Origin: Trichinella spiralis
Taxonomy: Eukaryota
Assembly (NCBI RefSeq): GCF_000181795.1
Contig: NW_003526941.1
Coordinates: forward strand, 4,887,811-4,951,810
DNA length: 64,000 nucleotides
Reading direction: 5' to 3'
This document shows, piece after piece, positions 14,127 through 27,900 of this stretch. The position numbers and the translations under genes are program-made. The notes beneath the pieces are model-generated. The model did not search any database and had not been told where the DNA came from. It saw only the letters and a list, made by a program, of their open reading frames with translations. Every line of letters begins with the position of its first letter. Positions within the stretch are counted from its first letter, which is position 1.

Positions 14127-14811
14127 ATGGAGAAAGTGAAGCCGGCCAAACGTAAAGGCAAAAAGAAAATAATAGTTAAAATGCCTAGACGAATGGAAAT
14201 CATGAGGGTTTTCAAATTAAATGCTGCAAATTAAAATTTACCACAGCTTCAGATGTTTTCGTCTTCTTTTCAGATAACCACTGCTACAATGTGGTCATGG
14301 GACATATTGGTGGACAGTTGTGCTGTATGTCGAAATAGCTTAATGGAGTGCTGTAATTTTGTTGAACAGTTTTTTCTACTTTTAAGCTTTGCTGCAATTC
14401 TACCATGAGCTGGTATATTTATTTATTTGTTAGGTACTGAATGCCAGGCAGCGCAGAAGTATACTGAAAATGTGGATTGCGTCATTGCTTGGGGAGTCTG
14501 CAATGTAAGTGCGCTTTTTTGTTATTTGACTAAGGTGAATTGAATTTAATTATTTTAACGCAGTATTTGCTTCACTTTACATTGATTTTTTTAACCGGTT
14601 GTTATTTTATTTTATTCTGTTTAGCATGCGTTTCACCTTCATTGTATTGCTCGATGGGTTGAAAGACGATGTGTATGCCCACTTGACAATATCACGTGGG
14701 AATATCGAAGGTATGTTTTGAATCTGCGAATAATTGTTATTTTTCATTTTACTCATTTTGCACTGGATACATCATTTTTACTATAGATGTGGAAACATCC
14801 TTTTAAAATGA
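14127..14811 (+). CDS. RING-box protein, divergent RBX1 paralog (5 exons)
   Basis: Spliced product [113 protein letters not shown]. Intron positions match the neighbouring RBX1. Not in the ORF track. Confidence 0.85.
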
Positions 14812-15527
14812 CAAGAATGATCGACTAAGATTCCACTATGCATGCGCTGTATTGTTCGTTCTCAAGCACGCAGAAATATGTTATTCTTCTGAATCTTGTG
14901 AAACGACTTCATTTTGTCCAGCACGAAATTTTGGACCTCACTACTTTTACACTTGCACCCATTTTATCACTTTTACTTAATTTTCACTGACGTTGAAGTG
15001 CACCGCATTTCAGAGTTAATGCGATTTATTTTACCACCTACCTACTTTGAAAATAAATGTTGCTATCAGCCATTAGATCGATTACGATTGCATTATTGGT
15101 AAGAGTGAAAATGAGGTCAAACAGTAAAAAAGGCTTTTTCATTTTTATTTAATATATACGTTATATTCCATGAAATAAAACTATGAAACAGTGCGACAAA
15201 TTTCAAATGTTATTAGTTTATTGTTTAATTGTACTTACACATCTACAGTATGACACTAACGTGATCATAGTTTCTTTTTATCGAGTATTCGGTTAAAGTA
15301 GCTTCTAACCAGAAGGTAAAAGTTTTATATTCACGTTAGAATTTGTATTTTATAGATATTATTATTGAATTGAAATTGCATTTGTAAGACAAAAATGAAA
15401 ATTTGCTGTACGTAAAGGCTTCATCGAAATTCCGATTTACTGTTTCAGTTTTTCGAGTTGATTTGTTTCAAAGTATAATTTCTTTTTAGTTTTTCAATCT
15501 GCTGTGTTAGATTTATAGAAATATAAA

Positions 15528-16213
15528 ATGGAAGTGGATGAACAGACTGAAGAAAGAATGAGCGATGAAGCAGGAAGTCAGAAAAAGCGTTTTGAAATTA
15601 AAAAGGCAACATACGCGTATCTAATTTTATAAACAAAATATCACGTTAAAACTTTTCAGTGGAATGCTGTTGCTATGTGGTCATGGGACATATCTGTAGA
15701 AAATTGTGCGGTTTGTCGCAATCATATTATGGAACTCTGTAAGTCTGCTGTTTTCATCATGTACATTTATTTTTTATGTTTCTCACTATTATTCAGGTAT
15801 AGAATGTCAAGCTGCACAGCAATCAGTCAATACTGCGGAGTGTACTGTTGCTTGGGGAGTGTGCAACGTATGTACTATTTTTATTATACATTTTATTGTT
15901 TTAATTCTATTTAAATGTCTACTTTCACTTAACGTATGATCTTAGTAATCTCAGTGAATGATCAATTGTCATTTGCTATTCACATTTTAATTCATTTAGC
16001 ATGCTTTTCATTTTCATTGCATATCTCGTTGGCTGAAAACTCGGCAAGTCTGTCCACTTGACAATCGTGAATGGGAATTTCAGAAGTAAATGTTTCTTTA
16101 ACTTAGCGTTTATCTGTATTTAATTAATCGAATTTTATTAGATTTGTTATTTTATTCTTTTTATATTTTATCAAATTAAGAAAAATTTTTTTACTTTCAG
16201 ATATGGCAATTGA
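15528..16213 (+). CDS. RBX1: E3 ubiquitin ligase RING-box protein 1 (5 exons)
   Basis: [108 protein letters not shown]; near-canonical RBX1. Confidence 0.96.
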
Positions 16214-16450
16214 TCATTTGTGATTTGACACTTTTGCATATGATATGCTGTGTGGGAAGCCCTTTGGCAGATACTTTATAATCTTTCAATTTATAACATG
16301 AATTTTATTTCGATTTACATATGATTAATAAATTGTAGTATTCCGTGGCTTTTCAATGTTTGTTCCTCTGGTGGAAATGAATAAATATACATATGTGTAT
16401 GCGTATGCGTATATGATAAAATAGAATCAGGAACGTAAATATAAGATATT

Positions 16451-17673
<1,223 letters not shown>

Positions 17674-18476
17674 GTTAGTTCTCAGCAGAATGGTTTGGAG
17701 GAGAATGAATGATCTGTCAACTTCGTCTCGCCCATCCAATTGAAGGTTCAATGTTTACTTTAGCCATTGTAAGCACGACCTGAGATGAGCAACTTTTACT
17801 TGCTGTTTGTTGTGAAAAGATTGACCACTTCTCTGGTTCTTCTTCATACGATGCAAAAATGACCTTTCAATTTTGGCAAACAGTTTTAGCACATAAATCA
17901 ACAAAAGTTGTTTTTATGTATACTTGATAACAAATACAGTTGAAGGTTTTGATTTATATATAATCTTTTGGTTGAAAGGCGGAGGAGTCGTTTGACTTTC
18001 TGTTCGATTAGAAGCGGTAACGACAACAATAAAAATAACTCTTGGGAAATATTGCAACACTAATAATGTTATATTTTTGTTCATTGAATGCAGCTGACAA
18101 AAGAGAGTAATGATAATAATGTTGCGCCCTTTTAGTTATTGCAATGAGCACTTGTCGTGAAAATTAAAATGTGACTTTAATCTGCGAGGGTGGTAAACAA
18201 TTATGTATGAATATGTTTTACTAATTTATAGACAGATTAAATTTAGCACTAATTAAAGATTTTACCGATTTCTGTACTTTAATACATGTGATGTAGTACT
18301 GTAATAATAAAGCTTACTTTTGGATTACTGTAAAAATTTTTCAGTTAATTTTTAGTCACTTTAATTTCATTTCTGCTGATGAGCTTTTGTATTCTTTGTT
18401 TATAATTTTGTAAAAAAATGAAATACAAACAGGCAAGTAAATGATCTCGGCTTGTATTTGAGCTGTTTTTTGCGCT

Positions 18477-21400
18477 ATGGTGTTCAGCAGACGCATACAT
18501 CAGTGCATTAAATCAAAGCTGCTGATGCGGAATAACTTTTCGTTGTTTATAAATAATCGTAATGAATACTGCTTGAAATCGACCAAACTTGAAGCATCTA
18601 AGAAAACAGATATCGACAAAGCATTGCTTTTGGATGCTATTGAAACAAGCTCTGTGGCAAAGGGGCTGTTCTGTAATAGAGTGGATAAAGTAAATGCGTA
18701 AGAGATGTTGTGAAAATGCTGTTTTGTTCCGTAGTTTGCTAAATTTAGTCTATGCTTATTTATCCTGAATTCGAAGAAACTGAAGATCTAACTGACGTTG
18801 AAAAGTTTGCTGGTAGAGTAAGAAGCATCTTGAAAAAGCAATGTATTTGTTGGAGATCAATTTCAATGCAGTTTGCGTCATATTTATTATTTTGACTTAG
18901 GCAATTTTGTTGAATGGGATAAAAATCGGTGTATTCCAGAAGAGGTGAAATTTAGTTTGAAGAAGATCGGTTTGTACTCGATGAGCGTTCCTCAGCAATA
19001 CGGTATAGCTTTGTTGAAAGTAATTTCGAATATAAATTTTGGAAGAAGTCATTTTCAGGGGGTTTGAATTTGAACAACAAGGCGAAATCCCGTATTTATG
19101 CAGAGCTGGGCTGTGATTTGACGTTGTTTGCATCTGCATTTGTGCAAAACGAACTGATCTGTGAAACTTTGAGAATGTTCGGCTCTGAAGAGCAAAAGCG
19201 CACCTATTTGCCCATGTTAGCTGCCGGTGATATCAGCGGTGCATTTTGTTTACATGAGCATGCCTGCGGTCAAGATATAGCTGCCATGCGCACTGAAAGC
19301 GTTGAAAATTGCCATGGTGCCGGTTTCAAATTGAATGGCCAGAAATCTTGGGTAACAAATGGCGCCTTGGCTGACTTGTTAGTCGTATTTGCCAAGGTGC
19401 AATCGAAGAACTCTGGTGAAAAAGTATTCCTGTTTTTTTCAAAAGATTTTTATTCTTTAATGTTTTATTAATAATTTATTAATTTGATAAATTTTTTAGG
19501 TTTTTTCAGATCCAAGTGGTCATTTATCAGCATTTCTTGTCGATAGGAGGAAGATCGAGGGATTGAATGTGACAAAAAGACAAAATACGATTGGGTTGCG
19601 AGGATTAGAAAGTGAGATTAGAAAGTTTTATTTTATAAAATTGTATTTTGAAATTAATATTAAAATCGAATTATTTTTGTTTAGTTGTTGATCTGGTATT
19701 CGAAGATGTAATCATACCTGAAACGGCGATTCTTGGAAACGAAAGTGCTGGTTTTGATATTGCAAATTCTATTGTTGGCAATAGTCGGTATTCTTTTTCC
19801 GCTGTTGCGTCAGCATTTTTGAAAAGATTGATAAGTAATTCATAGAAACGAAAACTAACTAACATTATATCCATACATATATATATATATATATATTTCA
19901 TAACATTTATTAAATGCATTTACATTTTGAGATGCATTCCTATGCAAATTGTAACTGAAATGAACAGTTTAGATGTTGCATCGCAGCATTGCAACAAACA
20001 CAAGTCATACGGTCGACCATTGTCCGAATCGAATTTCATTCGGGTAATTTCAGTTCATTTTTATATAAATATGAATGTTTATTGATTTTCTGACAGGGGG
20101 GAAAGCTTTTAAATATTTTAAAAGTGATATACAGTTAGTTGTGATCATTTGAAGATTATTACTGTAAATGTCATTCAAATTTATTTGATACTTTTTCGTT
20201 TTGTTTCAGAAATAAAATTTTCGTTTGATTAATCTTGTAAAATGTTCATTTTAGGAACGTTTGGCCAATTTAGCGATGCATGTGTATATTTTGGAAACGA
20301 TGGCTTTTTACATAGCCGGTCATTTGGACTCTGACTCTTCTAAAGATTTCACAGTTGAAGGTTCTATTGCTCAAGTAGGAAATTGTCTTAATGCTTACTT
20401 TTGTTTTTTCTTTGCATAATTTGCTTTTTCGTATTGTTTTCAGTTGCTTTCACGAAAGTACTTGCGCGAAGGAATTGTAAGTGTGATGGAAATTTTCGGT
20501 GCATCCGCCGCAACAACTGACGAAGAGTTTGAACGATTGTTGCGTGACGTTACCACATTCAGTTCTTTCATGGTCGAAGATGAACTTTTCTTTTCAATTT
20601 TATTGTATATTATTGTTATAAATCTATTTTTATAGAACACTGATGACTGGTTGATAGGCTACATAGCAACTTCTGGTTTAGCTGCTTGGGCTCAGAGTAG
20701 AGCGATGGATTTGCAGTAAATTTAAACGAGTGTTGCTTTTTTGAAAAATATTTCATCAACATTGTCCTGTTGTTTTTTTAATTTTATTTCACAGCAAAAT
20801 AGGCAGGCCAAATGATTATCCGTGGCATGTGGTGAAAAGTCGATGGCTTAGTAGGGATGTTTACAGAGGATCATTCAGTTTCAAGCATTATCTGCACGAA
20901 CATCTGCACCCATCTCTGATGGTAAAAATAATTGATAAAAATTGTAATGATTTCATTATTAATTGACAACAATTTGTAGGATGCGTGTCGCTTTATTGAA
21001 GAAGTGATGTGCAAATTTGATCATATTATTCGAAATCAATTAAAGCTGAAGCAGAAAGTGAGAATTGTTTTCAATGTTGGCATTTTTGAACGTAATATGT
21101 TTTAGGATATAGAAGAAGATAGTTTTGCTTTGAAACGATTTTGTGATGTTGGATGCTATTTATTTGCTATGGTAGTCGCTGTTAGCCGAGCTTCTAGAAG
21201 CTATTGCATAGGTTTAAAAAATGGCGATCTTGAGGTTAATTTATTATTATTAATTTAAATCTACTCTGTTTATGTTCAATGATAAGCCCATAGGTATACA
21301 TGGCTCACGCTCTATGTTCAGCACTGAAAACGAAATCTCTTCATGCGTTAATGGAGCTGACCAACGGAGGTTGTTTATGTTTCTATTATTTTTAATTTGA

Positions 21401-21556
21401 ATCCATTTCTCTTAAATAATAATATTTCCATACTTTTTTGCATGTTTTTTAGTGCATGGGCCTCATAACGAAGATCTGATGAAAATGAAAATTGCTACTG
21501 CAGTTAGTCATGCAAATGGTTATCCAATTGTTAGTCCACTGGAAAGAAATTGGTAG
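18477..21556 (+). CDS. ACAD9/VLCAD-like mitochondrial acyl-CoA dehydrogenase family protein (multi-exon)
   Basis: Basic, mitochondrial-targeting-like N-terminus; FGSEEQKRTYLPMLAAG; GAFCLHE; LNGQKSWVTNG; SAFLVD; IGLRG; ERLLRD; C-terminal SRASRSYCIG typical of ACAD9/VLCAD. Stop TAG at 21554-21556. Confidence 0.88.
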
Positions 21557-21705
21557 AATTTATTATGAAAATAACCATATTAATTAATAAACATTGTTTA
21601 TACTTGCATTTCATTTTGTTTTTACGGTATTCTGCCTATACTCACGTATTTCACTTTGGTAATATTTTGATTAGTGTTTTGAATTTCGCATCATAGGTCA
21701 ACTAG

Positions 21706-21983
21706 ATGGTCAACGTTTCTAAAGGAGTTTTAGTGACATGGTAGACGTGTTGTCTTTTTTGTTAATACATGTGTATTAATAACTGATTAAAAATTTTAGT
21801 GACCCTGCAATGAAGCAATTCTTGCTTCATTTGGATGAAAAGATGCTGATTGGATTCAAATTCATCATTCGAGATATAGACGAGACTCATGTTTTTATAA
21901 CTTCAGAAGCAGTAGCGACATTGATGCAAAGAATCGACGCACTGATGGAATCATTGTCACCAGACGTTGCAGAAAAATCATAA
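21706..21983 (+). CDS. GTF2H5: TFIIH subunit 5 (Tfb5/TTDA), 2 exons
   Basis: MVNVSKGVLVTC/DPAMKQFLLHLDEKMLIGFKFIIRDIDETHVFITSEAVATLMQRIDALMESLSPDVAEKS*. Not in the ORF track. Confidence 0.94.
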
Positions 21984-22160
21984 CTATAGCTAGGTAATCT
22001 TATTGGCCAGAAGATTCATTTTTATAAATAAACGCATATAAAAAAAATTTTTTAATCAAAAAAGTTTCACTATGGAAATTTACAGTTTCAGAAACTAAAC
22101 AGTAATTCCATTGAAACATATTACTTTATCAAGTAGCCTAATTGCCAAGCAAAATTAAAT

Positions 22161-22487
22161 TCACGAATTCTGCTCTAAGTAGGCAATTAAGTCGGCACGG
22201 TCGCTCTCTTTTTTCAAACCGGCAAAAATCATTTTTGTACCAGGAATAAAAGCCTTTGGGTTTAGCAAATATTCGAACAAAGCTTCACGGGTCCAAATGA
22301 CTCCTTTGTTCTTATTGGCAGCGGTATAGTCGAAATTCGGCACTTGACCACTCTTGCGACCAACGATACCGTTTAAATTGGGTCCAGTCTTGTTACCTCC
22401 ACCTTTCTCCACCGTGTGACATTGAGCGCATCGTTGAACAAAAAGCTTTTTACCTTTTTCCGGGTCACCTTTCGGTATTTGCGACAT
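22161..22487 (-). CDS. CYCS: Cytochrome c (intronless CDS)
   Basis: [21 protein letters not shown] heme-binding Cxx[21 protein letters not shown]. Confidence 0.98.
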   Translation of the reverse strand: MSQIPKGDPEKGKKLFVQRCAQCHTVEKGGGNKTGPNLNGIVGRKSGQVPNFDYTAANKNKGVIWTREALFEYLLNPKAFIPGTKMIFAGLKKESDRADLIAYLEQNS

Positions 22488-22635
22488 TTTTTTCTAAAAA
22501 TTCGATTAAACCGTCGCACTTGGTACATCAATGCTTTAAGATATATATAAAATAGCGAACAATTCGCTTTAAAACAACGGAAAAATTAATATCAAGTTCA
22601 AAATTTATTCCAGAATTAGATGTCAAGTTCCGTTT

Positions 22636-23480
22636 TCAAGCCCTTGAATAATGCGTTCGGGGTCGTACTGTAGTAAATGGCGGTAAGTTTCTTCGCTTCA
22701 ATACGCGATGAACCAAAGGAAACTTGATTTTCGAATTCTACAAAATTATGAAAATAAATCATAAAGTACAACGCATGCATATATTAGTTGTTTACGTGAA
22801 ACTGTTTCACATGCGCACGTCGACATTTCGATGGTGAGATGGAACTGACTTTAATGATTTGAATGCTTTCCGCCCTTGCGCGATGTCGAGATCCCATATC
22901 CCGGTCTAGATAAATATGTACACATTAATATATAAATATATATATACTTATGATTAATGATACAAACGTATTCTTACAGCATTGGGTAACCGCTCCGCAG
23001 CTTGTCAAATCACGATATTCACGATACATGTTGTGAGTACCGGTTCTGGAATCATAACGCAACCAAATTCCATAATTGCGAACAAACGAATTGTTACAAT
23101 CATGAAGCTAAAAAATACTCGTACTTTGATTCCGCTCTCAGAGTTATTAACGAACAATAATAATTTTAGCATAACAATGAAAATATTCTTCACGAATGAT
23201 GAAAAATTAACTTCTTTACCTGTCGAATTTTCAAAATCTCACCATGAGATTTTTTCACTTTTTTCAATTTACGACAGAAATACCAAAATCGGGATTTTGC
23301 AACGACATCATTCGATGCATAAATGCGCATTTTATACAACGGTGGTCGTCGCTCTTTTGGAGTGGGCAATTTCCGCCCAATAATAAGAAATTCTTTCAGC
23401 TAAAAAACAGGAAAATCATCAACATTACTGCTCAACGTAAAAGCTAGCCGTTTTACCTGACCGGATGCTTTCAAGCCCAT
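22636..23480 (-). CDS. RPL18A: 60S ribosomal protein L18a (eL20, nematode rpl-20), 5 exons
   Basis: [49 protein letters not shown].../...[54 protein letters not shown]...[15 protein letters not shown]...RPRTHYSRA*. The ORF track misses this frame. Confidence 0.96.
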
Positions 23481-24913
23481 TTTTCAAGCCTATAAATTTC
23501 ACTTTTTAATACTTTATTTTAATATAAATGCTTAAAAAGATATTTTAAAGCGATAAACGTTAAAATAAATACCGATAACAGCTCACAAACATAAAACACA
23601 AGTTACACGTATTTCTTACAGACTACCTAAAGTAATGCAAGTACACTACTGCATATATATATATATATATATGCAGTTGTTAGAAGTGTTTATCTTTCTG
23701 AGATTTATTTATATAATTTTAAAACAAGGTTTTAAGCATTCATTAAAAATTTATAACTTATATTTTATATATTAGCTGTTGTCGCTGCAAAATACTGTTT
23801 TCAAAAACAAATATTTTACATTTTAACGTATGCTGTGATAACGAATATTAGTGGCTTTTATTATTAGTATTAATTATACAAAAATTTTTTCAGTATTTTT
23901 AGAAGTCCGTAAGTCATACAGTTCCGTACATTTCGCATTGTCTATGTTTGTACTTTATTTTCATTTCAGATACGGTATGTTCATGATATTGTTTTAATAT
24001 GTTAGTTATAGAATAATAGTTCTGCATATTGTTTTATCATTTAATTCATAATTTCCGTGTATTTATGGAAATGATTATAATCAAGTGTACATCTAGTTAT
24101 CCTTTAACTAACAGATAATATTGGCAACCAAACTTCCAAATTATGTAAGGTCACTACCGGTGACTACCATGAACAAATGAAATCTTAGTATTGATTCAAT
24201 TAATTGCAAAAACTGTTTTATTTGAGAAAAAGGAAAATGGTTTTGGTGATTACGGACGGGGTTAATGTTCAGTGCATCATTTTATTGATTTTCATAAGTA
24301 TTTTTTACTATTGAAATACACGTTTTGTATTACAATTATCATTAAATTGTGAACAAATGCTGTTGAATAAGTGGTATATAGGTAGATTCTGTTTTACTTA
24401 ACCAAATGAAAGCTAATTTTATGCAGGAAAGCTGATGTTTTAATAGATGTGTAATTAAAGCTGTTTGTTTGAGATTCTTTTATAAAAGTATAATGGGAAA
24501 ATATGCTGTTTTAAGTAAATTTTATTACATTCTGTGAAGTAAATTTAATTTATTGATATTAGTTTATTAACATTACACCTCTGAAATGTACTTTTCTTAC
24601 AGGCATGTTGTCCTAAAGTGTTAGCGTCATAAAATAATTTTTTTCACTGTTGCAATACTTAAAAAAATTTAAATTCATTAATTTCTCTCAATTTTGTATA
24701 TATTCATTTTATAGTTTTACTATTTTACTATTTTTGTATTTCACGATTTTAACTACCGTATGTCGAACCTACCTTCATTATGGAAATGATATGTAATTTT
24801 TATGTACCTGTTTCTGCTTTGTTTTCAGTTTCTCTGAACAGTTTTACTTATATGCATATTGCTCTTGTTATTACGAGAAGAAATCATTTTCATACATAAA
24901 TAAATACAAAATA

Positions 24914-27900
24914 ATGATTAAAGCCATAAGTCCTTCGTCGCAAAAAATTGCAGAAAAATTGGTTATACTTAATGAACGAACAACAGGAATTATAACACGT
25001 ATTTATAATATTAAAAAGGTAAGTAAAATTCATTTAAAGGAATGTATATATTAATCTGGTCATTATTTAAAGGCATGTGGCGATTTGAAATCAAAACCAA
25101 AGTTTCTTTCTGATCGCAGTTTGGAAAATGCGTTGAAAACAATTACGAAAAAGTTTCCAGGTTTAGATAACAGGAACAGCAGTGTAAAAGTTATTCAAAT
25201 GTAATTGATTATTAAAAATAATATTGGCATTTTTTAGACTGTTGTGCAAAGTATCAACGCAATTAAACAAGATATAATTAAAGCTTTATCACTGTATTAC
25301 AACACTTTTGTGGATTTAATGGATTTGAAAGTAATTTTTAAAATTTGCATTGTTTTGCAATTCTAACATGTTCCAAAATTTTAGGATCACATAACTGAAT
25401 TATTGACTATTATTGATGCTTGTCAATTGCATTTAAATATTGTAAGCAAGTTTTAATTTATAATACTGATGCTATATTTCGATTATTTAGACGGTAAATT
25501 ACGATCTTACACAGTTGTACTTGAATTTGGTATGTAATTATGTTGCTATGATGATTTTGCTTTCACGCATAGAAGATCGTAAAACGGTACCAGGACTGTA
25601 CAATGCTGCGTATGAATTGCAAAATGGCGTGCAGTAAGTTCTTTCAATTATATGTTTTTGTAATAATAAATTAATTATGAATTGTTTTTTATACTTATTT
25701 TAATAGTTTCAATGTATTGTGTAAATATATGAAATTCTTATTGTAGTGATACGTGTTTTCCTCGGCTTGGTCAGATGATAGTTGATTATGAACAGCCTTT
25801 GAGAAAACTTTCTGAAGAATTTGTGCCGCATTCTAAAGTGAAGACTTTGTTTCATTTAATAAATTAATTTATAATTTACCAATTCATAATGATTTCAGGT
25901 TTTGCTTGGAGCAATTAATTCACTTGCTGCCGTTTACGTTCGTCGAAATTTAACTGCTGATAAATGGAGAGCTGGTCAAATTTTAAGTTTAGTTACAGCT
26001 TCTAATCAGCTGTTAGCTGTAGCTCAAACAGATACGGTGAGAAGTTTTGTCTATATTCCGTTTATTTTATCTTTATTTGAACTGATTTATTTTTGAAGAT
26101 GCCATGCGAATATTTATCTCTTGAAACGATGAATCGATGGATCATATGTAAAATAGCTAACAGGTTTTTTTGTTATTGAACAAATTATTTTTTTTGTTTT
26201 GCAGTCAGTTTGCTTATTTGTCACAATGCAATTGCACAGCCAGTTTTTTGTGATCTTTGGCGTCAAGGTTTAGAATCAGGTCTAGCGATCACATTGTTCA
26301 GGGACGAAGTTCTGTATATTCACAACGTTGCGCAGACGTACTTTGATTCAATAAAAGGGTATGCGAAAAAATTTTTTCTTTTATAAGTTTTTATAAATTT
26401 TTTTTGTAAAATTTAAATGTATTTTGGTATTAATAATAATTTAATTTAAATTATCTAAATATATCTATTTGACCTATTCGAAAATAGGCGGTTTTTGTTT
26501 AAAAGTTACCGTCTTAAGAATGTCAGGTATAATTTCTAGTTGAATTTAACGAAAGAAATCATTTTCGGGATATGTGATTTAAAATGTGTTTATAATGTTA
26601 TATTTTTTGAATCTTGTTCGGGTTTGAGTTGTGTTCGATTTGAAATTTCGATGTTTTAGATACAACAAGCGAGTTGCTGAATTGAAAGAATTTGTTGCCA
26701 CTGCGGTGCAGCATTCGTAAGTTCAACTTTGAAGTTTGCATTCGAATTAATTTAAGAAAAAATCAATTATAAATATTTAATATTAAGAGTATGGTTTATT
26801 TTTTAGCAGTTAAATTGAGTTTACGTATTTATGATTTTTAAAATTGAATTTAATAAACTCTATTTGATACTGTAGATTGCAAGTTCACAGTGACAGAAGA
26901 AAATTTCTTCGAACAGCTTTGAAAGAGTTGTTTCTTATTTTTACTGATCAGCCGGGTTTGTTAGCTCCGAAAGTTCTTTTGGTTCTCATGGCGTTATCTT
27001 TTTCGAAGGACGAAGTAGATTGGCTTATGCGCCATTCAAATTGCTGGCCCCAAAAATCCGGAAACAAAGGTCGTGGCTATGAAGATATAAGCGATCGGTT
27101 GTTTATTTGGCTGTTTAATGGTTTAAAATTTTATTAGTTTTTTTTTTTGGAAAATTTGATTTTCAGGGTTTTGCCTGAGATGCTGTTTTACATGGTCGAG
27201 CTGAGAGAATTATTGCTGCGCTATAGATCGGTTGTGCAACGCTATCATGTACAATATTTGGCTGGATTCGACGCTTTGGCGTTGAACGAACTGTTGCAAA
27301 GTATCGCTTCTATTCCTCAGGAGAGCAGTGTAATTTTTTCTGACTTTTGCCAAGCTATTGCTGAATTAAATGTCGAAGATTTGGAAAATGGTAATTATTT
27401 CTTTTTTATTCTAATTTAATGAAGATTTGTTTGTTTGTTTTTTTTAGATTCTGTTGCATACAATTTTCAAGGTTTGAGGTTAGATTGGTATCGTCTACAA
27501 GTAAGTATTGAGGAAAATGCTTTTGTTTGGTAGTACTTTTTTCAGTTGTAATTCAAATGCAAATTGCATTCAGGCTTATACAAGTTCGGCTAGATTTGGT
27601 TTTTGCCTGCATGATCATGCCAAGTTGGCTCAATTAATGAATACAATTGTATTCCATTTGAAAATGATCGACTTTTTGGATCAGATTATCAACGAAACTT
27701 CAGATTTATCTTCCTACTGGTAAGCTGTACTTATTAATTGTTGATGTAGATTTTTGTTTTTTAAAAATTATTTTTAATATAAAAATTATTAATCTTTTTT
27801 TTAGCTTTTATTCTGTTCTTTTTGAAGAACAATTTCGACTGTGTCTTGAATCGCCTTCACAGTCGAGATATGTTTGCGTTTTTCCAAAGTTATGTTCACA

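Noticed and set aside
23108..23219. Possible C/D snoRNA in RPL18A intron 2 (GTGAAGA...CTGA on the minus strand; intron longer than its neighbours)
   Set aside because: Imperfect C box, only ~56 nt from C to D, weak terminal stem and no convincing rRNA antisense element. An Infernal/snoscan search would be needed.
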